From positions 2,790,001-2,854,000 of the forward strand of contig OZ287067.1 of assembly GCA_965645245.1 (NCBI GenBank): DNA of 64,000 nucleotides. Direction: 5' to 3'. This document shows, in pieces, positions 36,312 through 48,898 of the stretch (position 1 is its first letter; each line of letters starts with the position of its first letter). The notes beneath the pieces were generated by a model, which was not told where the DNA came from, searched no databases, and saw only the letters and a program-made list of their open reading frames with translations. The stretch is from Massalongia carnosa (lineage: Eukaryota). The translations under genes were made by a program, and so were the position numbers.

Positions 36312-38174
36312 CGGAGGCGAATCTCAAAAGTAATGATAATACGCTAAAGACTAGCGCCGTAATTTAGATTTTCCATACCGAGCCTGAAATTCTACCAACT
36401 ATCTACAAATGCCATTACCAACCATCTAATCAACGTCTTTTTGGTCTGAAACTGGCTGCAGTACGAACCACCTTTTGAATGCGTGGGGGAAGGTGATTTT
36501 TCGGAGATAAAACGGCTCTTTTTCTCAATAAGGGGTGTCAATGGCTTCTGTGTAGGGGGCTCAGGGGTAACTGCCCTGACATTCAACGGGCTGGGTGTAT
36601 CATCATTTGATTGTCTGGATGATGGTCTCGTTGACGCCACAGAAGAAGAAGAAGAAGAAGAAGCTGGTTTTGCTGTATTACTGAGCAATTCTTCCCTCAG
36701 CTGTTGAAGTCGCATTTTTCCTTCTTTGGTCCGTCCATCAACGTCCAAACGTCCTTCGCAATACTCATTTCCACCTTCCAATTCAATGACTTTTGCAATG
36801 TGACGTGGAATTCTTTCAATCCATGCCTGAATATTCTCCTGAGGTAGATCGTCCCAAGTGCGATGCCACATAGATTCAGCAATTAACCGAGAACTAGGAG
36901 GACCTTTGGCAGTTGTACGTCGCTTCATCCAGGGCCAGCAGGGTTCAATCATGTTGAGATCAGGAGAATTTCCGGGCCATAAAAGACGCTCGATGCCATG
37001 ACGAGAGAAGATGGGAATCTGATGCTTGGAAGCATGAGACGGAGCCTTATCTTCCTGTACGATCATTTCAGACAATCCGGCTTCTCTTCTTTTTGCATTG
37101 CATTGCTGAGCAAAAGGAATCAGTTTTGGCAGAAGTATGACGTTTTGATACCGCCACCAATCAATGCCTCCTTTACCTTCTTTTCTGATCATCTTTCCAT
37201 GTTCCTCATCCCATTTCCATTGCGGCTTTTTTCCTGGTAAATTGCGAGTTGAAAGACGTCTCATTCCATTGGTCAGCTCCCAATTTAATCTCTCACTGGC
37301 TTCCAATGCAGCATTCATCTCGTCAAGCTTGGTTTTGGCTTCCGCTTTTTCCGCTTTTGTCTCCGGTTTCCAGCAAGGACATGGCCCCTTCCAATCGTAG
37401 GAAAAGCATCCCCAAAACATGAATTCATGAGCCCCATGCCACCTAGCACGTACGGTGGATTTGACTGGTCTTCTTCCTTCCTTGGTTGTACGCCAAATTT
37501 TGACAGCTCCGCGACGGTGACCAAGCACTATTGCTGTTTCATCTGACCAAATAACCCGCTTCCAATCCTCCACGGTCCAGTCTTTATACAGGAGACAAAA
37601 AGCCAGTCTAGCCGCTTTCATTTCAGGGGTAAGCCCTGGTCTATACGACGGTTTGACTTTTTTATAGCCTCTTTGTTTCAGGATTCTCCACACGGTGCAT
37701 CTGGACGGTCCAACTTCTCTTGCCAACTGGGCACTGGTTTTTTCACGGGCGTATCTGTCTTTTATGACTAGATCAATGACTTCATCTTCTTTCTCAGTAG
37801 TAGCCTTTCTCGGTCGACCAGATTTTTCTTCATGACGGGCGTATTTATCAAGCACCTGCAAAGAAATGGCGGGATCAAATCCTCGATCCCTGGCAATGCG
37901 ACGAATACGATAAATGTTGGGGACAGAATAACCTGTAGTAGCTGCAATAAATTCAATTGAGGCCGAGGTGCAATAAGACAACGTCAAGACCTGAGCCCGC
38001 AAAGAAATATCAGCTGATTTATTGACCATGATGATGATTTGATCAAATGTTGGTTCGTAAATGATTTGGGATGAGAAAAGGGGAAAGAAAAGGGGAAAAT
38101 TTGCTCGGTACGGAAATTTTAAATTACGGCACTAGCTTTTAGCGTATTATCATTACTTTTGAGATTCGCCTCTG
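36312..38174 (-). mobile_element. Tc1/mariner (impala-like, DD34E) DNA transposon, 1863 bp, with TA TSD
   Basis: 72-bp TIRs at 36312-36383 and 38103-38174 with 7 mismatches. TA flanks both ends (36310-11 and 38175-76). Confidence 0.93.
36392..38029 (-). CDS. Tc1-family transposase, intact 545-aa ORF
   Basis: GRPRK HTH linker, VIWSDE and QEDKAPSH...SPDLNMIE, with 34 residues between the second D and the E. Confidence 0.92.
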   Translation of the reverse strand: MVNKSADISLRAQVLTLSYCTSASIEFIAATTGYSVPNIYRIRRIARDRGFDPAISLQVLDKYARHEEKSGRPRKATTEKEDEVIDLVIKDRYAREKTSAQLAREVGPSRCTVWRILKQRGYKKVKPSYRPGLTPEMKAARLAFCLLYKDWTVEDWKRVIWSDETAIVLGHRRGAVKIWRTTKEGRRPVKSTVRARWHGAHEFMFWGCFSYDWKGPCPCWKPETKAEKAEAKTKLDEMNAALEASERLNWELTNGMRRLSTRNLPGKKPQWKWDEEHGKMIRKEGKGGIDWWRYQNVILLPKLIPFAQQCNAKRREAGLSEMIVQEDKAPSHASKHQIPIFSRHGIERLLWPGNSPDLNMIEPCWPWMKRRTTAKGPPSSRLIAESMWHRTWDDLPQENIQAWIERIPRHIAKVIELEGGNEYCEGRLDVDGRTKEGKMRLQQLREELLSNTAKPASSSSSSSVASTRPSSRQSNDDTPSPLNVRAVTPEPPTQKPLTPLIEKKSRFISEKSPSPTHSKGGSYCSQFQTKKTLIRWLVMAFVDSW

Positions 38175-38696
38175 TAAGGAAAAAGCCCATATGTACAGGG
38201 CCGTATTGTTTGGCATACAATCCCCGCCGTCGAGGACCGCTTTATTTACAAGTCATTGTCCCACGACGGGCTTTTAGTCTCCCCTATCATCATGAAAATA
38301 ACGTATGTTAACAACTACCTCTGCTTGTAAAATTGAGCCTCTTGGTTATTAAAAGCCCTGTTCCAAATGGCCGTTCTGGCGACTTGTTTGATTATAAGCA
38401 TTTCCGGTTACCACTTCGCAACCTGATACCGTACCTATGTAGATTATGTTTAGACAGCAAAACGTTTAACGAATGGAAAGGAATATAATAGTTGAATGCT
38501 AAAAATAGCTGACAGCTAGAGAATGAGACGAGTTCCCGTTAAACGCTGGGACTGTGGATGATTACCTAGTTATCGGCGCAGATAGCGTGATTGAATCCCT
38601 GATCATTCAAGTTCCGTCTAGTTTTTATACCATGATATGTGAGTCTTCTATCTTCATAAGTTGTTACTCCGTAAACACTCTTCCCCAAACCAAACA

Positions 38697-39965
38697 ATGT
38701 CACTGGGAAACGTAAAGCATATCATCCTCGTCCGTACGCCTTCTATCCTCTAAGAACCTTCCTCTTCTATATAGCAAACATGTTAACGCATCCCTTCCAA
38801 CCTCCGATTATAGGTCCTATCCGGCAAAGGCGGCGTGGGTAAATCCTCCGTCACAACCCAACTCGCTCTCTCTCTCTGTCTCGCCGGTCATTCCGTTGGT
38901 ATCCTTGATGTCGACCTCACTGGTCCCTCCATCCCACGTCTCCTTGGCGCGGAGTCGGCGAAAGTTACACAAGCACCAGGCGGCTGGCTCCCGGTTGAAG
39001 TCCACCCTGCACAAGTGCTACCTCACTTGTCAGACCCGCCGCCGATAGACCTCTCGACTGCAGCGTCAAACGACTACAGCAATGGGGCATCAAACGCTCC
39101 CCCTCCAGCTCCAAGCGCAGGCTCCTCCAACGGAGCTTCCCATCCTCCCAGCTTGCCTGTCACAATCGGCTCGTTGCACATAATGTCGCTAGGCTTCTTA
39201 CTGCCCTCACGCTCCTCGGCTGTTGTATGGCGCGGCCCTAAGAAAACGGCCATGGTCCGCCAATTCCTGACCGACGTGCTCTGGCCCCCAGATACCACCT
39301 ACCTCCTCATCGACACCCCGCCCGGTACATCCGACGAGCATATCTCGCTCGCCGAGACGCTGCTTACCTCCCTTCATTCTCCTTCATTCTTCCCCGTCTC
39401 TTCTGAAACGGGATCGCTCCAACCACAAAAAAACCACCAGCAGCAGCAACTAGCCGGCGCCCTCATTGTCACCACCCCGCAAGCAGTCGCTGTTAGCGAC
39501 GTCCGCAAAGAAATAAATTTCTGCCGCAAGGTAGGCGTGCGCATCCTCGGCGTGGTGGAGAACATGGCGGGCTACGTGTGCGAGTGCTGTGGAGTGAGCA
39601 CGAACGTGTTTGGGAAGGGGGGCGGGGAAGTCATGAGTGCGGAATTTGGTGTCAAGTTCCTGGGCCGCGTGCCGTTGGATGGGCAATGGGGGGTTTTGGT
39701 TGAGGAGGGAAAGAGGCCAAGGTATGGGGGAGCAGAGAAAATAAGGGGCTGGGAAGGGGCGAATAATGCGAGTAGCAGCGGTCTTGAGGCGGACCCACCA
39801 GCCGAACCATATCTGCATGCCTACAGCGCCAGAACTGCCGACGAGAGCAACGAGGACTATGATCGGCTTCTCGTGGATAAATACCGCAGCTGCGCGCTTT
39901 CGTTTACTTTCGCTGTGCTGGCTAGGGATCTCACGGCACAGGTTGCGGGAGCGGAATCCTCGTAA
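38697..39965 (+). CDS. CFD1: Cytosolic Fe-S cluster assembly factor Cfd1/NUBP2, 2 exons
   Basis: Short N-terminus [22 protein letters not shown] lacking the Nbp35 Cys motif. Also [26 protein letters not shown] and [11 protein letters not shown]. Confidence 0.93.
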
Positions 39966-40462
39966 GGGGGGAAATTCCCTGTGGCTCGGAATGTACGCTT
40001 GTGCTTTCGCATAGGTCATTTGGGTTAAGGAGGTTCAAACTGGCGGCTTATGATAAAAATTCTTCGATAAATTAATGAATTATGTTTTGCATGCGGACTA
40101 GTCTCTAACATTCGTGTCTTGTAAATGACTACATATGTTTATTCTCAACCGATTTACGTTTTGATATCTCATTGTGCTTTATTGACTACAGGTCCAATGT
40201 TGTTCACAAAATAATCCACTATGTTATCTACATCCAGTTGAACCTACGGGACGAACCTGAAAACACCATTGCCGGATCTCATTACGGCACCCCAGGCATA
40301 CCTATATACATAGCTAAGATGTATCCCTTAAAACACCATCGACCATCGACCATCACCCAAACACCGATAACAAGTCCTGAACGCCTCTTTGCATGTCCTG
40401 AGCGCCTTGCCTATGTACGCCATGCTTTGCACCCTCGCCCCTAACTCCATCCGGACGCTCCG

Positions 40463-41902
40463 CTAACTCTGCAAAATTGCCTTCACCAACCTCGGTCTGC
40501 CCAACTCCAGCACCTTTGCCGCCACCAGATGGCCGACCTTCTCCTTCAACCTCGACCTCACGCCCTCCTCGCCGTCGCCATCGGCAAAGCCGTTCGTGAG
40601 TCCGACGCTGTCTTGCTCCAACAGTTGTAGAGCCCCAACGAGCGCTCCAAGCACCATCTCCGCCTCCTTCCGGAGCAAGCCCTCGTCCTCCATCGCGTCA
40701 CGGATCAGAATTTCGTATTCCTTCAGGCTGGGCAGGACGATCGCACGGATGACTTCCACTCCACCTACCACCTGCAGGCCGATGATACCGCCGTAATTGA
40801 CGCCGAGTGGCTTGTTCGGGTCGAGGAAGAACTTGAGACACGTGCGGGCGAGGCGCGGTTTGAGCATGTGTGATGTTTTGGAGTATTTCTTGCAGATAGA
40901 CCCAAGCAGAGCCGCGGCAAGGTTGCGGAGGGGGTAGTGAGCTAAGGGGTCGGATGAGAGGCCAAGCTGTCGACCACCCAGGCAAGTCAGGATTGGAGGA
41001 ATAATCGAGGCAATCTAGATAACGAATCAGTGTTATATGGCTCAAATAATCTAGGTTTACCGACATAAGGATCTATGTAGAGGCTAACGTTATCGAGCAT
41101 TGCGGATGTAAGGTGAACTATTTGGGTGAGGACAAAAAGGTTCTTCAAGTTATGGGTAACTTTTTCCGCGATGTATTGCACAAAGTATGGGACCAGTTGG
41201 TGCAGACCTGGGTCGCTTCGTACGCTTGCCAGAGCAGCGAGGCGATATTCATCGTTGGTTTCGTCCAAGAGAGCGCTACATATTTTTCCAAAATAGAGCT
41301 GGATCTCATTTGATAAAACGTGCTTGACCAGTGGCTTGACCGTGACATCTTCGTTGCCACTGATAGCTGCGAGAGTTGGATTAGCACCGGGCCCTTTGGG
41401 TACCAACTCCTGATTCCTCGACTCTGCTGTTGTAGGATTTTGAGGTATTGAGGGCTGGACGCCTTCAACGGCGAGCCAGTGCGCTATCAACATCTTAGAT
41501 AGCGCTCTCCCTTGGTGATGATTTGGACCTACCGGTAAAGGAGATTTCTCGCGGGACTTTTGGCAGGGGTGCATTGATGAGTTTTTCAAAGTCCACCTCC
41601 TCGTCTTCCACGTAGAAAAGCGGTTGGCCTGGCCCTATCGATGCTTCCCCGAAACGCAGAGGCCGTGTTGATTCATATCCGTACAGCGGCTCCACATCCA
41701 GAACTCGGAGGGCCTGTGCAATATCCTGCGTTGATAATATGCTTCTTTTGCTGTGCCGCATGAACTTAAGTGCTTCTTCGAGAACCTGAGCAAGCCGAAA
41801 CTCGATATCCGAGCACAAGGGAAGTAGAATATCGTCGTGAAGCGAGGTAATACCAACAGACTCTGCTACATCTCTGATATTATCAGGATTCCAAACTGAC
41901 AT
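40463..41902 (-). CDS. TAF6: TFIID/SAGA subunit TAF6, 3 exons
   Basis: [18 protein letters not shown] histone fold, [24 protein letters not shown] and [11 protein letters not shown]. Confidence 0.95.
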
Positions 41903-42497
41903 TTTCGCTAGCAGTTTTGGAAGTAGTGTGATACGTGAAAATCAAAACGTAGCCAGGTCCAAATGATCCAAGAGAGGGCGAAATTCCCATCCACAGAAAA
42001 AGCACCGATCTTGTTCTCATTGGTAAGTGAGTCAGGAGGGGTGGAACGGAGTTTCATCAATGATTAGGCTTTGATATGAGGCTTGAGGTTGTGATCTGCC
42101 AATGTACCTCTGTCAAATCGATGATAGCTGACCGAAAACTAAGGCAGCCCTTGTACTCTACCAATCGTGATGACTCCCGTTATTGAAGCTTCGGATGTGT
42201 AGATAAAATATATAAGGATTCTTGACTCAAACAGATCCAATCGATCCTGAACGAATGACTCGTTTAAACGAATTATCCCATACTTACGAAACCGGTAACT
42301 AAACCACTCCAGAGTAGGTACTCGTGCCTGTCCCTATACCGCAACTCATCTGGCACTTGCGCATCCACAAGCTTATGCCCAAAAATTTACACTTTTTACT
42401 TAAACATCCATTGTAAGCTCGCCACAAGTGTGCGTTTGAAGGCAGAGGGGTCTCGCTCCAACTCCGTTCTTAACCCATAGCTCTCTACCTGCAAGAA

Positions 42498-43168
42498 ATG
42501 GCTACGAGGAGCCAAGATATTAGGTCACATGTGTTGAGCGTAAAGCAAACTACAACCCCCAGCTCACACATCTCTATATTTTCGCTTCCATTGCAACTGC
42601 GTCTACGCATTTACAACCTCGCGCTCATCTACGTAGATAGGGGTCGTAGGTCACCAGCCCCGATCCTGCTAAAAGACGTTAGTTCCCCAAAGCGCCTGAG
42701 TCCAGCTCTTTTACGTGTGTCCCGGGCCATTTCTCACGAGGCTGTGTATGGGACCAATCATTTCCATCTATAGTACCCGAAGCGGATGCTTCAATGGCTT
42801 AATAACATTAGTGTGTTCAACACCAGGTTTCTGCGGACTATGAGCATGTTTGTAGAGGGCAACGTCTCCCAGTCAACGACAAACAGCTGGCGCAAATTTA
42901 TCGCCAGGCTAGCGAGTGAGGCAACGGGGCTCCGGAATTTGGGTGTTTATTGGGATGCAGAAGGAGTGTATGTGGGTTTGAGATGTGACCTTGAGTTTGT
43001 CCTGGCCTTGGCAAAGATTAAAGGTTTGGAGAAAATGGAGATTAATGGTTTTTTTATGCAAGGGCATGGCCAGATTATTTAGAAAGAAATCTGGGCGTGA
43101 AAGTGCGGCATGAACAGCAGCAGTCTTTTTGGAAATGGCAGCGAAGGACTGAGAAGCTCATTCCTTGA
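42498..43168 (+). pseudogene. F-box-like hypothetical gene, disrupted
   Basis: FSLPLQLRLRIY and ALLRVSRAISHEA. There is an in-frame TAG at 42771-42773 and a T7 frameshift near 43049-43055 before ...YARAWPDYLE...LIP*. Confidence 0.65.
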
Positions 43169-45149
43169 TGTATACGGAGTATAGGCTGCATTTGAATACT
43201 TTGTAATTTGAACGAGCCATTTGTATTGTTTAGAGTCCCATACTGACAACGATAGTACACGAACAAAACGCTTCACTCAAAAGACTGGGAAGATTAACGG
43301 CACAAGGCAGTAGTGAACAGGCTTTGCGGGTTTCACTGTGCGGCCGAAGACATCGAGTTACACAGTCTGGCAGTCATAACAATACAGAGTAGAGTCGGAC
43401 TAAATTATGGGATGGGCGCTAAGCGCGCGTAGCTGCTGAAATCACTTCCATTTACACTTAACAAAGCTATTGTTTCCAAGGAGAGGAGAGGAACCGATTG
43501 TGTTGCTACAGCTACTTGGGGGTTTGTTTTCGAAGACTCCTCAATTCATCCTTTGTCCTGGGAATTTTGTTGTTCATACACCTTCACCGGACGGACGTAT
43601 AGGATTACTGGTTTCAAGATTGAGTCTCAGCTTAACGTTTACGCCACACCAAATCCACACCAATGTAACCGACGAGTCTCTGTAACGATCCCTACACCCT
43701 AAAAGTGGACTTTCACCTTCGGCTGCGGCTTCTAATCCGACGGGGAGTTGATCAATCGGAAAATCGCTCAAGTGCGCTTGATACTCCTTATATATTGCTC
43801 CTTCGGCCTATGCTTTGACTAACTTGGTCTCATATTCTTCTAACCATGTAGATACTGACAATAAAAACATCGATTATGGCAGAGAAAACCCATTTCGAGG
43901 AAGCCTGCACGTTTGACCATATGAAGAGGCAGATTCCTAATCCTTATCACGTACTATTTACTACTCGCCTTTTTAAAACACGTCGTTGACTAGATCTTGT
44001 TTGATCGGGCACCAATCAAGCATTTAGTGGTTGCGCCTGCTGCCACGTCCCGTTCTTTGGGCACCGACATCTATATCTTATTGATGTGTATATCGGAAAG
44101 GTTCCGTGCATTTCAGGGCTACTCCTGTTTCATCAAAGACTTCCGGAACACCTCATCCAACCTCCCTTCAGCTGATTACCATCAATACACGTATCTTTTT
44201 TGTTGTTATGGTTGCCGAGTATAGAAGCCCAAAACAGGAACAAATACAATCTATCCGGTCATCGTAAATATATGCTAGATTTCCCCGCAGATCGACTGAG
44301 GCACCCGGGAGCAATCCCTATTTCGAGGTCAGACAAGTCTCTTGAAAATGTATAAGCAAGAATAAGCTCGCAGATCCATCCCGCAGACATTCGTCGGTTT
44401 TCTGCAAAGGACACGAATAAATCCGTCTATAATCCTTGGTATATCTGGTGTACTTGATATAAACTTTGACCAGCTTGCTATTATAACATCTCCCAGAACG
44501 AGCATGTCCTGGACAGATCCGCCGTCGCCATGTCCTTCTCCTTCAGGCCCTCCGCCGAGCCCCGAACATCCCTAGAAGCTTCTTCGTCCTCTATCCAGCT
44601 CCCGGGGAGCCTCCGAAGCCAGATTCAAGTTGAAGATTTCTTGGACCCTTTCTGGTGGAGCCGCCCTGGTGTGTACTTACTCTTGATGCAAGGGCTGGTG
44701 ATTATACTGACGTGGTGTAGGATCTGATGGGAAACATACCGTGCGGTTCGACACTTGATGAATAGGGACAACAACTTTGGGGCTATGTACCGGAGGCTCC
44801 TTTTCGGTGTGCAATACGAGTTGGGTAGCTTGCCAAAGCCGGACTGTCAATGCCATAAGCTTGAGGAACAATAGATTTCGTTGAAGGGCCCGTTTCCAAT
44901 AATTCTTTCTTGGAAGGTTTAGTTCGTTTCGCTACTAGCATGTTAGCGTCTTGGGATCAGCACCTGGAAGGATCGCATGCCGAGGGAATACGCGATTCAT
45001 CATGATAGAGCTTGCGCGTGGCACTTGCATTGCGAATTTGTACTTGAATAGACTATAAATGGAGCCCTAATGCACCTCCGACCTACTTCGAACAAACCCA
45101 AATGCCCAATCCTCACGTCCACTGCGCCCCCTTTCCCCCTTTCCCCCTT

Positions 45150-45875
45150 TCAAACCACAGCCAAAACTCCCGAGCCCACCACCGACGCTCCCACAACCGC
45201 CCATCCCGTCACCTGTACCTGCCGATTACCCAACTCGCGCCCAGTATCCCACACCAGATGCCTGACCCCGTTGAACGCATGAAACGTAAACGGCAGCGCC
45301 ACCGCAAACTTGACCCCTACCTTCACCGCCACAGGCAGCGAGCCGAACGAAGCCGCCAGCGCCGCGGACTCAAGGTGCCATCCAAACAGCGGCGCCGCAA
45401 GGTAGGCGGCGCCGAAGATGTAGAACCCCCCGCTGAGCAAGCTGCCGGTGATGCGGTTGAGAGCGCTAAGGTACCAGGTGATTTGGGGGCGGTAGATGGA
45501 GAGGTGGGGGGAGACGGGGCGACGGAGGCGTTGGGCGGCAAGGAGCGAAGTGTCTGGGGGCGGGTTGGCGGGGATGGTCTCGGTTGCGATGGGTCTGTTG
45601 GGAGGTTAATATCGAAGGAATGTGTTTTTAGGGAAGGAGAGAGGTGATGGACCTGGTTTGGATAGGTAAGTTGGTTCTTGCGGTGAGAGTTGCTGGAGCG
45701 GCGAATTTGGGGAGGCGATGGAGGATGATACTGCTACTGCTGCTGCTGCGAGGGTGGTGGTGGGCGAAGACTTAGGTTGGGCTAGGTTAGCGGATGCTCA
45801 ATCGTCGCTTAGGGGGGAAGGCAGATGGTTTATACCTCGCCGCGCCGATTGCTGCGTAAACCTTTGGGCCAGCAT
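45150..45875 (-). CDS. SDH3: Succinate dehydrogenase cytochrome b560 subunit, 3 exons
   Basis: QRLRRPVSPHLSIYRPQITWYLSALNRITG and FHAFNGVRHLVWD. Presequence MLAQRFTQQSARR. Confidence 0.95.
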
Positions 45876-46006
45876 TGTGTTTTGCTAAAAGCGATAGGTA
45901 TGTGAGATTGACAGTTGCTCCTCTGCTTGTGGATCACCGACTGGGGGTGGAAGCCCAGATGACGTGACAGCGGAGAATCGGATAGAGAGAGTGAGGTGAA
46001 TGGCAG

Positions 46007-46026
46007 CCAATCAGGACTTTGTTGAT
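46007..46026 (+). promoter_or_regulatory. Bipartite CBC:HapX site (CCAAT-N12-GAT) upstream of SDH3
   Basis: CCAATcaggactttgttGAT matches CSAAT-N12-RWT, about 130 bp upstream of the SDH3 ATG. Confidence 0.55.
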
Positions 46027-46687
46027 TCTCGGCTAATTCTCTCTTGGCATTGATTTTCGCTACTCCGTACTTGCTCTTTCTTCTCTTTCTTTTTTTCATA
46101 TCCCAAGACCCCTAGCAATCTCATGCTCACCGCTGCTATCTTCTCACCAGGAATGATGCAACCAGTGGTATCCTAGCTGTATTGGCATTCTGTCAATAAC
46201 TGAAGCTGGGTTGGGGATCTGAGAGTGGAAAGGATTTCTTTCTACCTGTCGTTAATCGCGCATCGGTTTAATCAGTGGATTCGATGCGTTTCATATTCAG
46301 GGTTACATTTTGTTTGTGGGATATGTGAGAAAAGTGGCTTAGTAGTAGGGAGTTTTCTTTTGTTAGTGGAGGTTGGGGGTGCTAGTGTTGATCATGCGCA
46401 TTGGGTTCATCGACGGGACGAAGCCTAATGGTATCTATCATCAAGTTGGCTTTTAGAGATTTTTACTATTGGACTGAAGATGGTTCGGAGAAAACTGCAG
46501 CTATGATTCTGTTTTCATCGTCTACTTTCTTGCCTTTGCAGACCCTGTATTTTATGGGAAGCTATCGACCACTTTGCCCAATCAAGCTGAAAATCAGACA
46601 TGAACATGTCCGCGTAAGGATGCCTTTGGATTTCATTCTTCTACTTCGTTGTTTTCCTCGCTGCTGCAATTCTTGCTCTTACCATTT

Positions 46688-47593
46688 TCAGCCAAGAACC
46701 TGAAGGACAATTTTACCTGTGCTACGCCCTTTCGCCAAGAGCTCAAACGCTGCCGCTCCTTCCTCGAGCGGAAATATCTGGTCTACCACCGGCTTGATCT
46801 TCCCCTCTTCAATTAGCCTACCGATCGTACTGAGTTGGTCTCCATTCGACTTAACGACAAAATAACTAGACCGCAGACCAGGAAACCGCTTCTTGCTCTC
46901 CTCCTTCAACGGTTCCGCCACGCTCACTATGATCCCTCCTTCTGCGGTGCATTTCCACCCGCCTTCCTGAGTATCGCCGCCTACACAGTCCAGTACAATG
47001 TGGAATCTTCCTTCTACCTTGTTTTTCGTATAATCAACAACCTCGCTAGCTCCCAGACCCTCCACCAACCCAGCCTTTCCTCCAGAGCAAGTCCCCACAA
47101 CCCTTGCGCCCTTCCACCTTGCTAGTTGTACCGCCATCGTCCCAACGCCTCCTGCTGCTCCAAGGACTAAGACGGACTGACCTGCCTCCAAAGAAGCATG
47201 CACAAACAGCGCTTGCCAAGCCGTTAGCGTAGACAATGGCACCGCAGCCGCCTGGCTGTGATTTAGAGTCCTCGGCTTCGGCGCTAGCTCATACGGCTCA
47301 GCGAGCACGAACTCGGCAGCAGCGCCATCGCGAGAGAATGAGATGAGGGCGAAAACCGTGTCGCCAATGTGGAGCTCTGTGGAACCCTCAGCGGGAACAG
47401 CCACAACAGTACCCGACACATCATGGCCCGGAACTGCAAGGGGACGCTTTGTCGTTTCGGTCCAGGTGAGCTCGTTGGCGGTGATGGCGGTGGCATGGAC
47501 ACGGATAAGGACTTGGGTTGGAGAGGGAGTAGGGTATGGGGCTGTGGAGGAGAAGGAAATGGTCGCGCTGGGCTCAAGCTGGAGGCATCTCAT
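46688..47593 (-). CDS. MDR-family NADPH:quinone oxidoreductase / zinc-type ADH-like protein
   Basis: PGHDVSGTV, AAAVPLSTLTAWQAL, Rossmann motif VLGAAGGVG and GKIVL. Confidence 0.9.
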   Translation of the reverse strand: MRCLQLEPSATISFSSTAPYPTPSPTQVLIRVHATAITANELTWTETTKRPLAVPGHDVSGTVVAVPAEGSTELHIGDTVFALISFSRDGAAAEFVLAEPYELAPKPRTLNHSQAAAVPLSTLTAWQALFVHASLEAGQSVLVLGAAGGVGTMAVQLARWKGARVVGTCSGGKAGLVEGLGASEVVDYTKNKVEGRFHIVLDCVGGDTQEGGWKCTAEGGIIVSVAEPLKEESKKRFPGLRSSYFVVKSNGDQLSTIGRLIEEGKIKPVVDQIFPLEEGAAAFELLAKGRSTGKIVLQVLG

Positions 47594-48898
47594 TATTTAT
47601 TGTTTGTGTGACAGCAATTTCCAAAATGCAAGCGACGTTCAAATCTATGGAAAGGGATGTGAAGTTTGGAATGAAAGAAATGGAGAGGTTGACTCAGCTT
47701 CCTGCATAACAAGGTTGGTGCTATATGTGGAAAGGTACCCAAGTGGTAAGTATAGAGCACTGAAAATTGAGCACTGGGTACCTATGCGGACCTCATCGGC
47801 ATTCCTGCATCAAATTCTGGCGGAACAAGCCGTAGGGAAGCATGGGAATGCAAACAGAACCATTCTTGTCCTTTCTAACTCCCGTTTCTCCGCAGCTAGT
47901 TCAACCAAGGAGTTTCACTTTATCTTTGTTAAAGCTCGAGGTATTCTCCTAAGAAAAGTCCTGCTACGTGATTGAATGCGCTGCTGACGATACAAATCAA
48001 TACAAATCCAGCGTCTTCAGAGCCGCAGAAGCTTTGAATTTTGATCTCTTCAAAGCCCTGTATCATTAAGCTCTAGAAGAGCGACGAATCAATTCGAAAC
48101 TCATTGCGTGAAGCTTCTTTCCTCGAGGTTTGACTCGCTTCTGCAACTACGCGTGCGTTACTTTGGGCTTGAGTTGCTTTGAGAACTCTAGCTATGGGTC
48201 AAGAAATGACTGTCTTGTATCTCTGCGCTCATAGTTCTCTAAGGCTATGAAGCTCAAGGCTTAGAATCATCGACGGAGCTTTGTATTTCTGCACTGACGA
48301 CTTTGCCTATGCTGGGTCGATCATATAATGACGACCATGTGCAGCCTAACTTCCTCAAAAGGGGGAAGTGCTGAGTTATAGTAGGTTACCTTCAATCATG
48401 TAAGAAAGCGAATAATCTCATTTGTGGGCGGGAATCTCCAGTTTTCTTGGTAGATGAAGAAAGTTTAACTAGATATGCTAAGCTTCCTCCTTAACTATGG
48501 GCAGTGATTGCTAATAATTTCGGACTGGTGATGGGAAAAGGAACAAGACTTCACAAGCCGTGCGATATGATCACATTCACAAGCCGTGCGATATGCTGTC
48601 GTCCCATACCCGCGTGATAAGAATCAAGGAGTTTCAGGCTTATGAAACGCTTGGCAAAACATTCCAATACGTGTTGTTATTTTGCATCCGACACGTTGGA
48701 AAGAGGCTATTGCGTCAGGCAGTATTCGAGGTTGACTATCATCAATCCCAGCTAAGCAAGCCTCCTTCTAGCCCTGAGCAGAGAATGTAGCTATTGGGGA
48801 TATATAATGTAAAATACCCACCGCATCCCTCTACACCAGCTATTTAAACCACTACTCACAGATAAGTATTCATCTCAAACACTCTGATTCTCTATCTT

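Noticed and set aside
43500..44900. Minus-strand ORF fragments suggesting a relic gene
   Set aside because: Too degenerate to assign a family or boundaries.
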